DNA of 64,000 nucleotides from Eledone cirrhosa. Taxonomy: Eukaryota. Numbering within the stretch: the stretch's first letter is position 1; every line of letters starts with the position of its first letter. Under the pieces are notes generated by a model that searched no databases, was not told the DNA's origin, and saw only the letters and a list, made by a program, of their open reading frames with translations. Position numbers and translations under genes: made by a program. The stretch covers positions 131,936,001 to 132,000,000 of the forward strand of contig OZ024744.1 of the NCBI GenBank assembly GCA_964016885.1. The letters are read 5' to 3'. Positions 34,701-49,700 of the stretch are shown here, in pieces.

Positions 34701-37700
34701 TTACCGCCAACTTAACTTACCCCCAACTTAACTTAACCACAACCTAACTTAACCCCAACTTAACTTAACCCCAACTTAACTTAACCCCAACTTAACTTAA
34801 CACCAACTTAACTTAACCCCAACTTAATTTAACCCCAACTTAACTCAACCCAACTTAACTTAACCCTAACTTAACCCCAAATTAACTTAACCCCAACTTA
34901 ACTTAACCCCATCTTAACTTACCCCCAACTTAACTTACCACCAACTTAACTTACCCCCAACTTAAGTTAACCTCCACTTAACTTAACCCCAACTTAACTT
35001 AACCCCAACTTAATTTAACCCCAACTTAACTTAACCCCAACTTAATTTAACCCCAACTTAACTTAACCCCAACTTAAATTAACCCCAACTTAATTTGACC
35101 CAACTTAAATTAACCCCAACTTAACTTACCCCCAACTTAACTTACCACCAACTTAACTTAACCCCAACTTAACTTAACCCCAACTTAACTTAACCCCACT
35201 TAACTTAAAACCAACTTAAGTACCCCCAACTTAAGTTAACCCCAAATTAACTCAACCCCAACTTAACTTAACCCCAACTTAACTTAACCCCAACTTAATT
35301 AGACCCAACTTAAATTAACCCCAACTTAACTTACCCCCAACTTAACTTACCCCCAACTTAACTTAACCACAACCTAACTTAACCCCAACTTAACTTAACC
35401 CCAACTTAACTTAACCCCAACTTAACTCAACCCCAACTTAACTTAACCCTAACTTAACTTAACCCCAACTTAACTTAACCCCAACTTAACTTACCCCCAA
35501 CTTAACTTACCCCCAACTTAACTTTCCCCCAACTTAACTTAACCCCAACTTAACTTAACCCCAACTTAACTTAACCCCAACTTAACTTAACCCCAACTTA
35601 AATCACCCGCAACTTAACTTAACCCCAACTTAAATTAACCCCAACTTAACTTAACCCTAACTTAACTAAACCCCAACTTAACTTAACCCCAAATTAATTT
35701 AACCCCAACTTAACCCAAACTTAACTTAACCCCAACTTAACTGAACCCCAACTTAACTAGACCCCAACTTAACTTAAGCCCAACTTAACGTAACCCCAAC
35801 TTAACTTAACCCCAACTTAACTTAACCCCAACTTAACTCAACCCCAACTTAACTTAACCCCAACTTAACTCAGCCCCAACTTAACTCAGCCCCAACTTAA
35901 CTTAGCCCCAACTTAACTTAACCCCAACTTAAATTAACCCCAACTTAAATTAACCGCAACTTAACTGAACCCCAACTTAACTTAACCCCAACTTAACTTA
36001 ACCCCAACTTAATATAAACCCAACTTAACTTAACCCCAACTTAACTAAACCCCAATTTAAATTAACCCCAACTTAACTTAACCCCAACTTAACTTAACCC
36101 CAACTTAACTTAACCCCAACTTAATTTAACCCCAACTTAACTCAACCCAACTTAACTTAACCCTAACTTAACCCCAAATTAACTTAACCCCAACTTAACT
36201 TAACCCCATCTTAACTTACCCCCAACTTAACTTACCACCAACTTAACTTACCCCCAACTTAATTTAACCCCAACTTAACTTAAACCCAACTTAACTTAAC
36301 CCCAACTTAACTTAACCCTAAATTAACTCAACCCCAACTTAACTCAACCCCAACTTAACTTAACCCCAACTTAACTTAACCCCAACTTAACTTAACCACA
36401 AATTAACTTAGCCCCAACTTAAATTAACCCCAACTTAACTCAACCCCAACTTAACTTAACCCCGACTTAACTTAACCCCAACATAAATTAACCCCAACTT
36501 AACTTAACCCCAACTTCACTCAACCCCAACTTAACTCAACCCCAACTTAACTTAACCCCAACTTAACTTAACCCCAACTTAACATAACCAACACTTAACT
36601 TAACCCCAACTTAACATAACCAACACTTAACTCAACCCCAACTTAACTTGCCCCCAACTTAACTTACCCCCAACTTAACTTAACCCCAACTTAATTTAAC
36701 CCCAACTTAATTTAACCCCAACTTAACTTAACCCCAACTTAACTTAACCCCAACTTAACTTAACCCCAACTTAATTTAACCTCAACTTAACTCAACCCCA
36801 ACTTAATTTAACCCCAACTTAACTTAACCCCAACTTAACTTAACCCCAACTTAATTAGACCCAACTTAAATTAACCCCAACTTAACTTACCCCCAACTTA
36901 ACTTGCCCCCAACTTAACTTAACCACAACCTAACTTAACCCCAACTTAACTTAACCCCAACTTAACTTAACCCCAACTTAACTTAACCCCAACTTAATTT
37001 AACCCCAACTTAACTCAACCCAACTTAACTTAACCCTAACTTAACCCCAAATTAACTTAACCCCAACTTAACTTAACCCCATCTTAACTTACCCCCAACT
37101 TAACTTACCACCAACTTAACTTACCCCCAACTTAACTTAACCCCAACTTAACTTAACCCCAACTTAACTTAACCCCAACTTAAATTAACCCCAACTTAAC
37201 TTAACCCCAACTTAACTTAACCCCAACTTAAATTAACCGCAACTTAACTTAACCCCAACTCAACTTAACCCCAACTTAACTTAACCCTAACTTAACTTAA
37301 CCCCAACTTAACCCCAACTTAACTTAACCCCATCTTAACTTAACCCCAACTTAACTTAACCCCAACTTAACTTAACCCCAACTTTATTTAACCCCAACTT
37401 AACTCAACCCAACTTAACTTAACCCTAACTTAACCCCAAATTAACTTAACCCCAACTTAACTTAACCCCATCTTAACTTACCCCCAACTTAACTTACCAC
37501 CAACTTAACTTACCCCCAACTTAACTTAACCCCAACTTAACTTAACCCCAACTTAACTTAACCCCAACTTAATTTAACCCCAACTTAACTTAACCCCAAC
37601 TTAATTTAACCCCAACTTAACTTAACCCCAACTTAAATTAACCCCAACTTAATTTGACCCAACTTAAATTAACCCCAACTTAACTTACCCCCAACTTAAC

Positions 37701-40700
37701 TTACCCCCAACTTAACTTAACCCCAACTTAACTTAACCCCAACTTAACTTAACCCCACTTAACTTAAACCCAACTTAAGTACCCCCAACTTAAGTTAACC
37801 CCAAATTAACTCAACCCCAACTTAACTTAACCCCAACTTAACTTAACCCCAACTTAATTAGACCCAACTTAAATTAACCCCAACTTAACTTACCCCCAAC
37901 TTAAGTTACCCCCAACTTAACTTAACCACAACCTAACTTAACCCCAACTTAACTTAACCCCAACTTAACTTAACCCCAACTTAACTTAACCCCACTTAAC
38001 TTAAACCCAACTTAAGTACCCCCAACTTAAGTTAACCCCAACTTAACTTAACCCCAACTTAACTTAACCCCAACTCAACTTAACCCCGCCTTAACTTAAC
38101 CCCAACTTAACTTAACCCCAACTTAACTTAACCCCAACTTAACTTAACCCCAACTTAACTTAACCCCAACTTAACTTAACCCCAACTTAACTTAACCGCA
38201 ACTTAACATAACCCCAACTTAAATTAACACCAACTTAACTCAACCCCAACTTAACTTAACCCTAACTTAACTTAACCCCAACTTAACTTAACCCCAACTT
38301 AACTTACCCCCAACTTAACTTACCCCCAACTTAACTTTCCCCCAACTTAACTTAACCCCAACTTAACTTAACCCCAACTTAACTTAACCCCAACTTAACT
38401 TAACCCCAACTTAAATCACCCGCAACTTAACTTAACCCCAACTTAAATTAACCCCAACTTAACTTAACCCCAACTTAACTAAACCCCAACTTAACTTAAC
38501 CCCAAATTAATTTAACCCCAACTTAACCCAAACTTAACTTAACCCCAACTTAACTGAACCCCAACTTAACTAAACCCTAACTTAACTTAACCCCAACTTA
38601 ACTTAACCCCAACTTAACTTAACCCCAACTTAACTCAACCCCAACTTAACTTAACCCCAACTTAACTCAGCCCCAACTTAACTCAGCCCCAACTTAACTT
38701 AGCCCCAACTTAACTTAACACCAACTTAACTTAACCCCAACTTAACTTAACCCCAACTTAACTTAACCCCAACTTAACTTAACCCCAACTTAAATTAACC
38801 GCAACTTAACTGAACCCCAACTTAACTTAACACCAACTTAACTTAACCCTAACTTAATTCATCCCCAACTTAACTTAACCCCAACTTAACTTGCCCCCAA
38901 CTTAACTTACCCCCAACTTAACTTAACCCCAACTTAATTTAACCCCAACTTAACTTAAACCCAACTTAACTTAACCCCAACTTAACTTAACCCTAAATTA
39001 ACTCAACCCCAACTTAACTCAACCCCAACTTAACTCAACCCCCACTTAACTTAACCCCGACTTAACTTAACCCCAACATAAATTAACCCCAACTTAACTT
39101 AACCCCAACTTCACTCAACCCCAACTTAACTCAACCCCAACTTAACTTAACCCCAACTTAACATAACCCCAACTTAACATAACCCCAACTTACCTTAACC
39201 CCAACTTAATTTAACCCCAACTTAACTTAACCCCAACTTAACTTGCCCCCAACTTAACTTACCCCCAACTTAACTTAACCCCAACTTAATTTAACCCCAA
39301 CTTAATTTAACCCCAACTTAACTTAACCCCAACTTAACTTAACCCCATCTTAACTTAACCCCAACTTAATTTAACCTCAACTTAACTTAACCCCAACTTA
39401 ATTTAACCCCAACTTAACTTAACCCCAACTTAACTTAACCCCAACTTAATTAAACCCAACTTAAATTAACCCCAACTTAACTTACCCCCAACTTAACTTA
39501 CCCCCAACTTAACTTAACCACAACCTAACTTAACCCCAACTTAACTTAACCCCAACTTAACCTAACCCCAACTTAACTTAACCCCAACTTAATTTAACCC
39601 CAACTTAACTCAACCCAACTTAACTTAACCCTAACTTAACCCCAAATTAACTTAACCCCAACTTAACTTAACCCCATCTTAACTTACCCCCAACTTAACT
39701 ACCACCAACTTACCTTACCCCCAACTTAACTTAACCCCAACTTAACTTAACCCCAACTTAACTTAACCCCAACTTAATTTAACCCCAACTTAACTTAACC
39801 CCAACTTAATTTAACCCCAACTTAACTTAACCCCAACTTAAATTAACCCCAACTTAATTTGACCCAACTTAAATTAACCCCAACTTAACTTACCCCCAAC
39901 TTAACTTACCCCCAACTTAACTTAACCCCAACTTAACTTAACCCCAACTTAACTTAACCCCACTTAACTTAAACCCAACTTAAGTACCCCCAACTTAAGT
40001 TAACCCCAAATTAACTCAACCCCAACTTAACTTAACCCCAACTTAACTTAACCCCAACTTAATTAGACCCAACTTAAATTAACCCCAACTTAACTTACCC
40101 CCAACTTAACTTACCCCCAACTTAATTTAACCACAACCTAACTTAACCCCAACTTAACTTAACCCCAACTTAACTTAACCCCAACTTAACTTAACCCCAC
40201 TTAACTTAAACCCAACTTAAGTACCCCCAACTTAAGTTAACCCCAACTTAACTTAACCCCAACTTAACTTAACCCCAACTCAACTTAACCCCGCCTTAAC
40301 TTAACCCCAACTTAACTTAACCCCAACTTAACTTAACCCCAACTTAACTTAACCACAATCTAACTTAACCCCAACTTAACTTAACCCCAACTTAAATTAA
40401 CCCCAACTTAACTTAACCCCAATTTAACTTAACCCCAACTTAACTTAACCCCAACTTAACTTAACCGCAACTTAACTTAACCCCAACTTAAAATAACCCC
40501 AACTTAACTTAACCCCAACTTAACTCAACCCCAACTTAACTTAACCCTAACTTAACTTAACCCCAACTTAACTTAACCCCAACTTAACTTACCCCCAACT
40601 TAACTTACCCCCAACTTAACTTTCCCCCAACTTAAATTAACCCCAACTTAACTTAACCCCAACTTAACTTAACCCCAACTTAACTTAACCCCAACTTAAC

Positions 40701-43700
40701 TTAACCCCAACTTAAATCACCCGCAACTTAACTTAACCCCAACTTAAATTAACCCCAACTTAACTTAACCCCAACTTAAATAAACCCCAACTTAAATTAA
40801 CCCCAACTTAACTTAACCCCAACTTAACTTAACCCCAACTTAACTCAGCCCCAACTTAACTTAGCCCCAACTTAACTTAACCCCAACTTAACTTAACCCC
40901 AACTTAACTTAACCCCAACTTAACTTATCCCCAACTTAACTTAACCCTAACTTAACTTAAACCCAACTTAACTTAACCCCAACTTCAATTATCCCCAACT
41001 TAACTTATCCCCAACTTAACTTAACCCCAACTTAACTTAACCCCAACTTAATTTAACCCCAACTTAACTTAACCCCAACTTAACTTAACCCCAACTTAAC
41101 TTAACCACAAATTAACTTAACCCCAACTTAACTTAACCCCAACTTAACTTAACCCCAACTTAACTTAAACCTAACTTAACTTAACCCCAACTTAACCCCA
41201 ACTTAACTTGACCCCAACTTAACTTAACCCCAACTTAACTCAACCCCAACTTAACTTAACCCCAACTTAACTCAGCCCCAAATTAACTCAGCCCCAACTT
41301 AACTTAGCCCCAACTTACCTTAACACCAACTTAACTTAACCCCAACTTAACTTAACCCCAACTTAACTTAACCCCAACTTAACTTATCCCCAACTTAACT
41401 GAACCCCAACTTAACTTAACCCCAACTTAATATAACCCCAACTTAACTTAACCCCAACTTAACTCAACCCCAACTTAAATTAACCCCAACTTAAATTAAC
41501 CTCAACTTAACTTAACACCAACTTAACGTAACCCCAACTTAACTTAACCCCAACTTAACTTAAACCTAACTTAACTTAACCCCAACTTAACCCCAACTTA
41601 ACTTGACCCCAACTTAACTTAACCTCAACTTAACTTAACCCCAACTTAACTTAACCACATCTTAACTTAACCCCAACTTAACTTAACCCCAACTTAACTT
41701 AACCCCAACTTAAATTAACCCCAACTTAACTTAACCCCAACTTAACTTAACCCCGACTTAACTTAACCCCAACTTAACTTAACCCCAACTTAACTTAACC
41801 CCAACTTAACTTAACCACAAATTAACTTAACCCCAACTTAACTTAACCCCAACTTAACTTAACCCCAACTTAACTTAACCCCAACTTAATTAAACCTAAC
41901 CTAACTTAACCCCAACTTAACCCCAACTTAACTTGACCCCAACTTAACTTAACCCCAACTTAACTCAACCCCAACTTAACTTAACCCCAACTTAACTCAG
42001 CCCCAACTTAACTCAGCCCCAACTTAACTTAGCCACAACTTAACTTAACACCAACTTAACTTAACCCCAACTTAACTTAACCCCAACTTAACTTAACCCC
42101 AACTTAACTTATCCCCAACTTAACTGAACCCCAACTTAACTTAACCCCAACTTAATATAACCCCAACTTAACTCAACCCCAACTTAAATTAACCCCAACT
42201 TAACTTATCCCCAACTTAACTTAACCCCAACTTAATTAACCCCAACTTAAATTAACCCCAACTTAACTTAACACCAACTTAACGTAACCCCAACTTAACT
42301 TAACCCCAACTTAACTTAAACCTAACTTAACTTAACCCCAACTTAACCCCAACTTAACTTGACCCCAACTTAACTTAACCCCAACTTAACTCAACCCCAA
42401 CTTAACTTAACCCCAACTTAACTTAGCCCCAACTTAACTTAACACCAACTTAACTTAACCCCAACTGAACTTAACCCCAACTTAACTTAACCCCAACTTA
42501 ACTTATCCCCAACTTAACTGAACCCCAACTTAACTGAACCCCAACTTAAATTAACCCCAACTTAACTTAACCCCAACTTAACTTAACCCCAACTTAACTC
42601 AACACCAACTTAACTCAACCCCAACTTAACTCAACCCCAATTTAACTCAACCCCAACTTAACTCAACCCCAACTTAACTTAACCCCAACTTAACTGAACC
42701 CTAACTTAACTTAACCCCGACTTAACTTAACCCCGACTTAACTTAACCCCAACTTAACTTAACCCCAACTTAACTCAACCCCAACTTAACTTAACCCCAA
42801 CTTAATTTAACCCCATCTTAACCCCAACTTAACTTAACCCCAACTTAACTGAACCCCAACTTAATTTAACACCAACTTAACGTAACCCCAACTTAAATAA
42901 ACCCCAACTTAAATTAACCCCAACTTAACTTAACCCCAACTTAACTTAACCCCAACTTAACTTAACCCCAACTTAACTTACCCCCAACTTAACTTAACCC
43001 CAACTTAACTTAAACCCAACTTAACTTAACCCCAACTTAACTTAACCCCAACTTAATTTAACGCCAACTTAACTTAACCTCAACTTAACTTAACCCCAAC
43101 TTAACTTAACCCCAACTTAACTTAACCCCAACTTAATTTAACCCCAACTTAACTTAACCTCAACTTAACTTAGCCCCAACTTAACTTAACCCCAACTTAA
43201 ATTAACCCCAACTTAACTTAACCCCAACTTAACTTAACCCCGACTTAACTTAACCCCAACTTAACTTAACCGCAACTTAACTTAACCCCAACTTAACTTA
43301 ACCACAAATTAACTTAACCCCAACTTAACTTAACCCCAACTTAACTTAACCCCAACTTAACTTAACCCCAACTTAACTTAAACCTAACTTAACTTAACCC
43401 CAACTTAACCCCAACTTAACTTGACCCCAACTTAACTTAACCCCAACTTAACTCAACCCCAACTTAACTTAACCCCAACTTAACTCAGCCCCAACTTAAC
43501 TCAGCCCCAACTTAACTTAGCCCCAACTTAACTTAACACCAACTTAACTTAACCCCAACTTAACTTAACCCCAACTTAACTTAACCCCAACTTAACTTAT
43601 CCCCAACTTAACTGAACCCCAACTTAACTCAACCCCAACTTAAATTAACCCCAACTTAACTTAACCCCAACTTAACTTAACCCCAACTTAACTTAACCCC

Positions 43701-46700
43701 AACTTAACATAACCAACACTTAACTTAACCCCAACTTAACATAACCAACACTTAACTCAACCCCAACTTAACTTGCCCCCAACTTAACTTACCCCCAACT
43801 TAACTTAACCCCAACTTAATTTAACCCCAACTTAATTTAACCCCAACTTAACTTAACCCCAACTTAACTTAACCCCAACTTAACTTAACCCCAACTTAAT
43901 TTAACCTCAACTTAACTCAACCCCAACTTAATTTAACCCCAACTTAACTTAACCCCAACTTAACTTAACCCCAACTTAATTAGACCCAACTTAAATTAAC
44001 CCCAACTTAACTTACCCCCAACTTAACTTGCCCCCAACTTAACTTAACCACAACCTAACTTAACCCCAACTTAACTTAACCCCAACTTAACTTAACCCCA
44101 ACTTAACTTAACCCCAACTTAATTTAACCCCAACTTAACTCAACCCAACTTAACTTAACCCTAACTTAACCCCAAATTAACTTAACCCCAACTTAACTTA
44201 ACCCCATCTTAACTTACCCCCAACTTAACTTACCACCAACTTAACTTACCCCCAACTTAACTTAACCCCAACTTAACTTAACCCCAACTTAACTTAACCC
44301 CAACTTAAATTAACCCCAACTTAACTTAACCCCAACTTAACTTAACCCCAACTTAAATTAACCGCAACTTAACTTAACCCCAACTCAACTTAACCCCAAC
44401 TTAACTTAACCCTAACTTAACTTAACCCCAACTTAACCCCAACTTAACTTAACCCCATCTTAACTTAACCCCAACTTAACTTAACCCCAACTTAACTTAA
44501 CCCCAACTTTATTTAACCCCAACTTAACTCAACCCAACTTAACTTAACCCTAACTTAACCCCAAATTAACTTAACCCCAACTTAACTTAACCCCATCTTA
44601 ACTTACCCCCAACTTAACTTACCACCAACTTAACTTACCACCAACTTAACTTACCCCCAACTTAACTTAACCCCAACTTAACTTAACCCCAACTTAACTT
44701 AACCCCAACTTAACTTAAACCTAACTTAACTTAACCCCAACTTAACCCCAACTTAACTTGACCCCAACTTAACTTAACCCCAACTTAACTCAACCCCAAC
44801 TTAACTTAACCCCAACTTAACTCAGCCCCAAATTAACTCAGCCCCAACTTAACTTAGCCCCAACTTACCTTAACACCAACTTAACTTAACCCCAACTTAA
44901 CTTAACCCCAACTTAACTTAACCCCAACTTAACTTATCCCCAACTTAACTGAACCCCAACTTAACTTAACCCCAACTTAATATAACCCCAACTTAACTTA
45001 ACCCCAACTTAACTCAACCCCAACTTAAATTAACCCCAACTTAAATTAACCTCAACTTAACTTAACACCAACTTAACGTAACCCCAACTTAACTTAACCC
45101 CAACTTAACTTAAACCTAACTTAACTTAACCCCAACTTAACCCCAACTTAACTTGACCCCAACTTAACTTAACCTCAACTTAACTTAACCCCAACTTAAC
45201 TTAACCACATCTTAACTTAACCCCAACTTAACTTAACCCCAACTTAACTTAACCCCAACTTAAATTAACCCCAACTTAACTTAACCCCAACTTAACTTAA
45301 CCCCGACTTAACTTAACCCCAACTTAACTTAACCCCAACTTAACTTAACCCCAACTTAACTTAACCACAAATTAACTTAACCCCAACTTAACTTAACCCC
45401 AACTTAACTTAACCCCAACTTAACTTAACCCCAACTTAATTAAACCTAACCTAACTTAACCCCAACTTAACCCCAACTTAACTTGACCCCAACTTAACTT
45501 AACCCCAACTTAACTCAACCCCAACTTAACTTAACCCCAACTTAACTCAGCCCCAACTTAACTCAGCCCCAACTTAACTTAGCCACAACTTAACTTAACA
45601 CCAACTTAACTTAACCCCAACTTAACTTAACCCCAACTTAACTTAACCCCAACTTAACTTATCCCCAACTTAACTGAACCCCAACTTAACTTAACCCCAA
45701 CTTAATATAACCCCAACTTAACTCAACCCCAACTTAAATTAACCCCAACTTAACTTATCCCCAACTTAACTTAACCCCAACTTAATTAACCCCAACTTAA
45801 ATTAACCCCAACTTAACTTAACACCAACTTAACGTAACCCCAACTTAACTTAACCCCAACTTAACTTAAACCTAACTTAACTTAACCCCAACTTAACCCC
45901 AACTTAACTTGACCCCAACTTAACTTAACCCCAACTTAACTCAACCCCAACTTAACTTAACCCCAACTTAACTTAGCCCCAACTTAACTTAACACCAACT
46001 TAACTTAACCCCAACTGAACTTAACCCCAACTTAACTTAACCCCAACTTAACTTATCCCCAACTTAACTGAACCCCAACTTAACTGAACCCCAACTTAAA
46101 TTAACCCCAACTTAACTTAACCCCAACTTAACTTAACCCCAACTTAACTCAACACCAACTTAACTCAACCCCAACTTAACTCAACCCCAATTTAACTCAA
46201 CCCCAACTTAACTCAACCCCAACTTAACTTAACCCCAACTTAACTGAACCCTAACTTAACTTAACCCCGACTTAACTTAACCCCGACTTAACTTAACCCC
46301 AACTTAACTTAACCCCAACTTAACTCAACCCCAACTTAACTTAACCCCAACTTAATTTAACCCCATCTTAACCCCAACTTAACTTAACCCCAACTTAACT
46401 GAACCCCAACTTAATTTAACACCAACTTAACGTAACCCCAACTTAAATAAACCCCAACTTAAATTAACCCCAACTTAACTTAACCCCAACTTAACTTAAC
46501 CCCAACTTAACTTAACCCCAACTTAACTTACCCCCAACTTAACTTAACCCCAACTTAACTTAAACCCAACTTAACTTAACCCCAACTTAACTTAACCCCA
46601 ACTTAATTTAACGCCAACTTAACTTAACCTCAACTTAACTTAACCCCAACTTAACTTAACCCCAACTTAACTTAACCCCAACTTAATTTAACCCCAACTT

Positions 46701-49700
46701 AACTTAACCTCAACTTAACTTAGCCCCAACTTAACTTAACCCCAACTTAAATTAACCCCAACTTAACTTAACCCCAACTTAACTTAACCCCGACTTAACT
46801 TAACCCCAACTTAACTTAACCGCAACTTAACTTAACCCCAACTTAACTTAACCACAAATTAACTTAACCCCAACTTAACTTAACCCCAACTTAACTTAAC
46901 CCCAACTTAACTTAACCCCAACTTAACTTAAACCTAACTTAACTTAACCCCAACTTAACCCCAACTTAACTTGACCCCAACTTAACTTAACCCCAACTTA
47001 ACTCAACCCCAACTTAACTTAACCCCAACTTAACTCAGCCCCAACTTAACTCAGCCCCAACTTAACTTAGCCCCAACTTAACTTAACACCAACTTAACTT
47101 AACCCCAACTTAACTTAACCCCAACTTAACTTAACCCCAACTTAACTTATCCCCAACTTAACTGAACCCCAACTTAACTCAACCCCAACTTAAATTAACC
47201 CCAACTTAACTTAACCCCAACTTAACTTAACCCCAACTTAACTTAACCCCAACTTAACATAACCAACACTTAACTTAACCCCAACTTAACATAACCAACA
47301 CTTAACTCAACCCCAACTTAACTTGCCCCCAACTTAACTTACCCCCAACTTAACTTAACCCCAACTTAATTTAACCCCAACTTAATTTAACCCCAACTTA
47401 ACTTAACCCCAACTTAACTTAACCCCAACTTAACTTAACCCCAACTTAATTTAACCTCAACTTAACTCAACCCCAACTTAATTTAACCCCAACTTAACTT
47501 AACCCCAACTTAACTTAACCCCAACTTAATTAGACCCAACTTAAATTAACCCCAACTTAACTTACCCCCAACTTAACTTGCCCCCAACTTAACTTAACCA
47601 CAACCTAACTTAACCCCAACTTAACTTAACCCCAACTTAACTTAACCCCAACTTAACTTAACCCCAACTTAATTTAACCCCAACTTAACTCAACCCAACT
47701 TAACTTAACCCTAACTTAACCCCAAATTAACTTAACCCCAACTTAACTTAACCCCATCTTAACTTACCCCCAACTTAACTTACCACCAACTTAACTTACC
47801 CCCAACTTAACTTAACCCCAACTTAACTTAACCCCAACTTAACTTAACCCCAACTTAAATTAACCCCAACTTAACTTAACCCCAACTTAACTTAACCCCA
47901 ACTTAAATTAACCGCAACTTAACTTAACCCCAACTCAACTTAACCCCAACTTAACTTAACCCTAACTTAACTTAACCCCAACTTAACCCCAACTTAACTT
48001 AACCCCATCTTAACTTAACCCCAACTTAACTTAACCCCAACTTAACTTAACCCCAACTTTATTTAACCCCAACTTAACTCAACCCAACTTAACTTAACCC
48101 TAACTTAACCCCAAATTAACTTAACCCCAACTTAACTTAACCCCATCTTAACTTACCCCCAACTTAACTTACCACCAACTTAACTTACCCCCAACTTAAC
48201 TTAACCCCAACTTAACTTAACCCCAACTTAACTTAACCCCAACTTAATTTAACCCCAACTTAACTTAACCCCAACTTAATTTAACCCCAACTTAACTTAA
48301 CCCCAACTTAAATTAACCCCAACTTAATTTGACCCAACTTAAATTAACCCCAACTTAACTTACCCCCAACTTAACTTACCCCCAACTTAACTTAACCCCA
48401 ACTTAACTTAACCCCAACTTAACTTAACCCCACTTAACTTAAACCCAACTTAAGTACCCCCAACTTAAGTTAACCCCAAATTAACTCAACCCCAACTTAA
48501 CTTAACCCCAACTTAACTTAACCCCAACTTAATTAGACCCAACTTAAATTAACCCCAACTTAACTTACCCCCAACTTAAGTTACCCCCAACTTAACTTAA
48601 CCACAACCTAACTTAACCCCAACTTAACTTAACCCCAACTTAACTTAACCCCAACTTAACTTAACCCCACTTAACTTAAACCCAACTTAAGTACCCCCAA
48701 CTTAAGTTAACCCCAACTTAACTTAACCCCAACTTAACTTAACCCCAACTCAACTTAACCCCGCCTTAACTTAACCCCAACTTAACTTAACCCCAACTTA
48801 ACTTAACCCCAACTTAACTTAACCCCAACTTAACTTAACCCCAACTTAACTTAACCCCAACTTAACTTAACCGCAACTTAACATAACCCCAACTTAAATT
48901 AACACCAACTTAACTCAACCCCAACTTAACTTAACCCTAACTTAACTTAACCCCAACTTAACTTAACCCCAACTTAACTTACCCCCAACTTAACTTACCC
49001 CCAACTTAACTTTCCCCCAACTTAACTTAACCCCAACTTAACTTAACCCCAACTTAACTTAACCCCAACTTAACTTAACCCCAACTTAAATCACCCGCAA
49101 CTTAACTTAACCCCAACTTAAATTAACCCCAACTTAACTTAACCCCAACTTAACTAAACCCCAACTTAACTTAACCCCAAATTAATTTAACCCCAACTTA
49201 ACCCAAACTTAACTTAACCCCAACTTAACTGAACCCCAACTTAACTAAACCCTAACTTAACTTAACCCCAACTTAACTTAACCCCAACTTAACTTAACCC
49301 CAACTTAACTCAACCCCAACTTAACTTAACCCCAACTTAACTCAGCCCCAACTTAACTCAGCCCCAACTTAACTTAGCCCCAACTTAACTTAACACCAAC
49401 TTAACTTAACCCCAACTTAACATAACCCCAACTTAACTTAACCCCAACTTAACTTAACCCCAACTTAAATTAACCGCAACTTAACTGAACCCCAACTTAA
49501 CTAACACCAACTTAACTAACCCTAACTTAATCATCCCCAACTAACTAACCCCAACTTAACAATCCCCCAACTAACTACCCCCAACTAACTAACCCCAACT
49601 AATTAACCCCAACTAACAAACCCAACTACTTAACCCCCACTAACTAACCCAAATAACCACCCCACTAAACTCAACCCCAACTTAACCAACCACCCCACTA

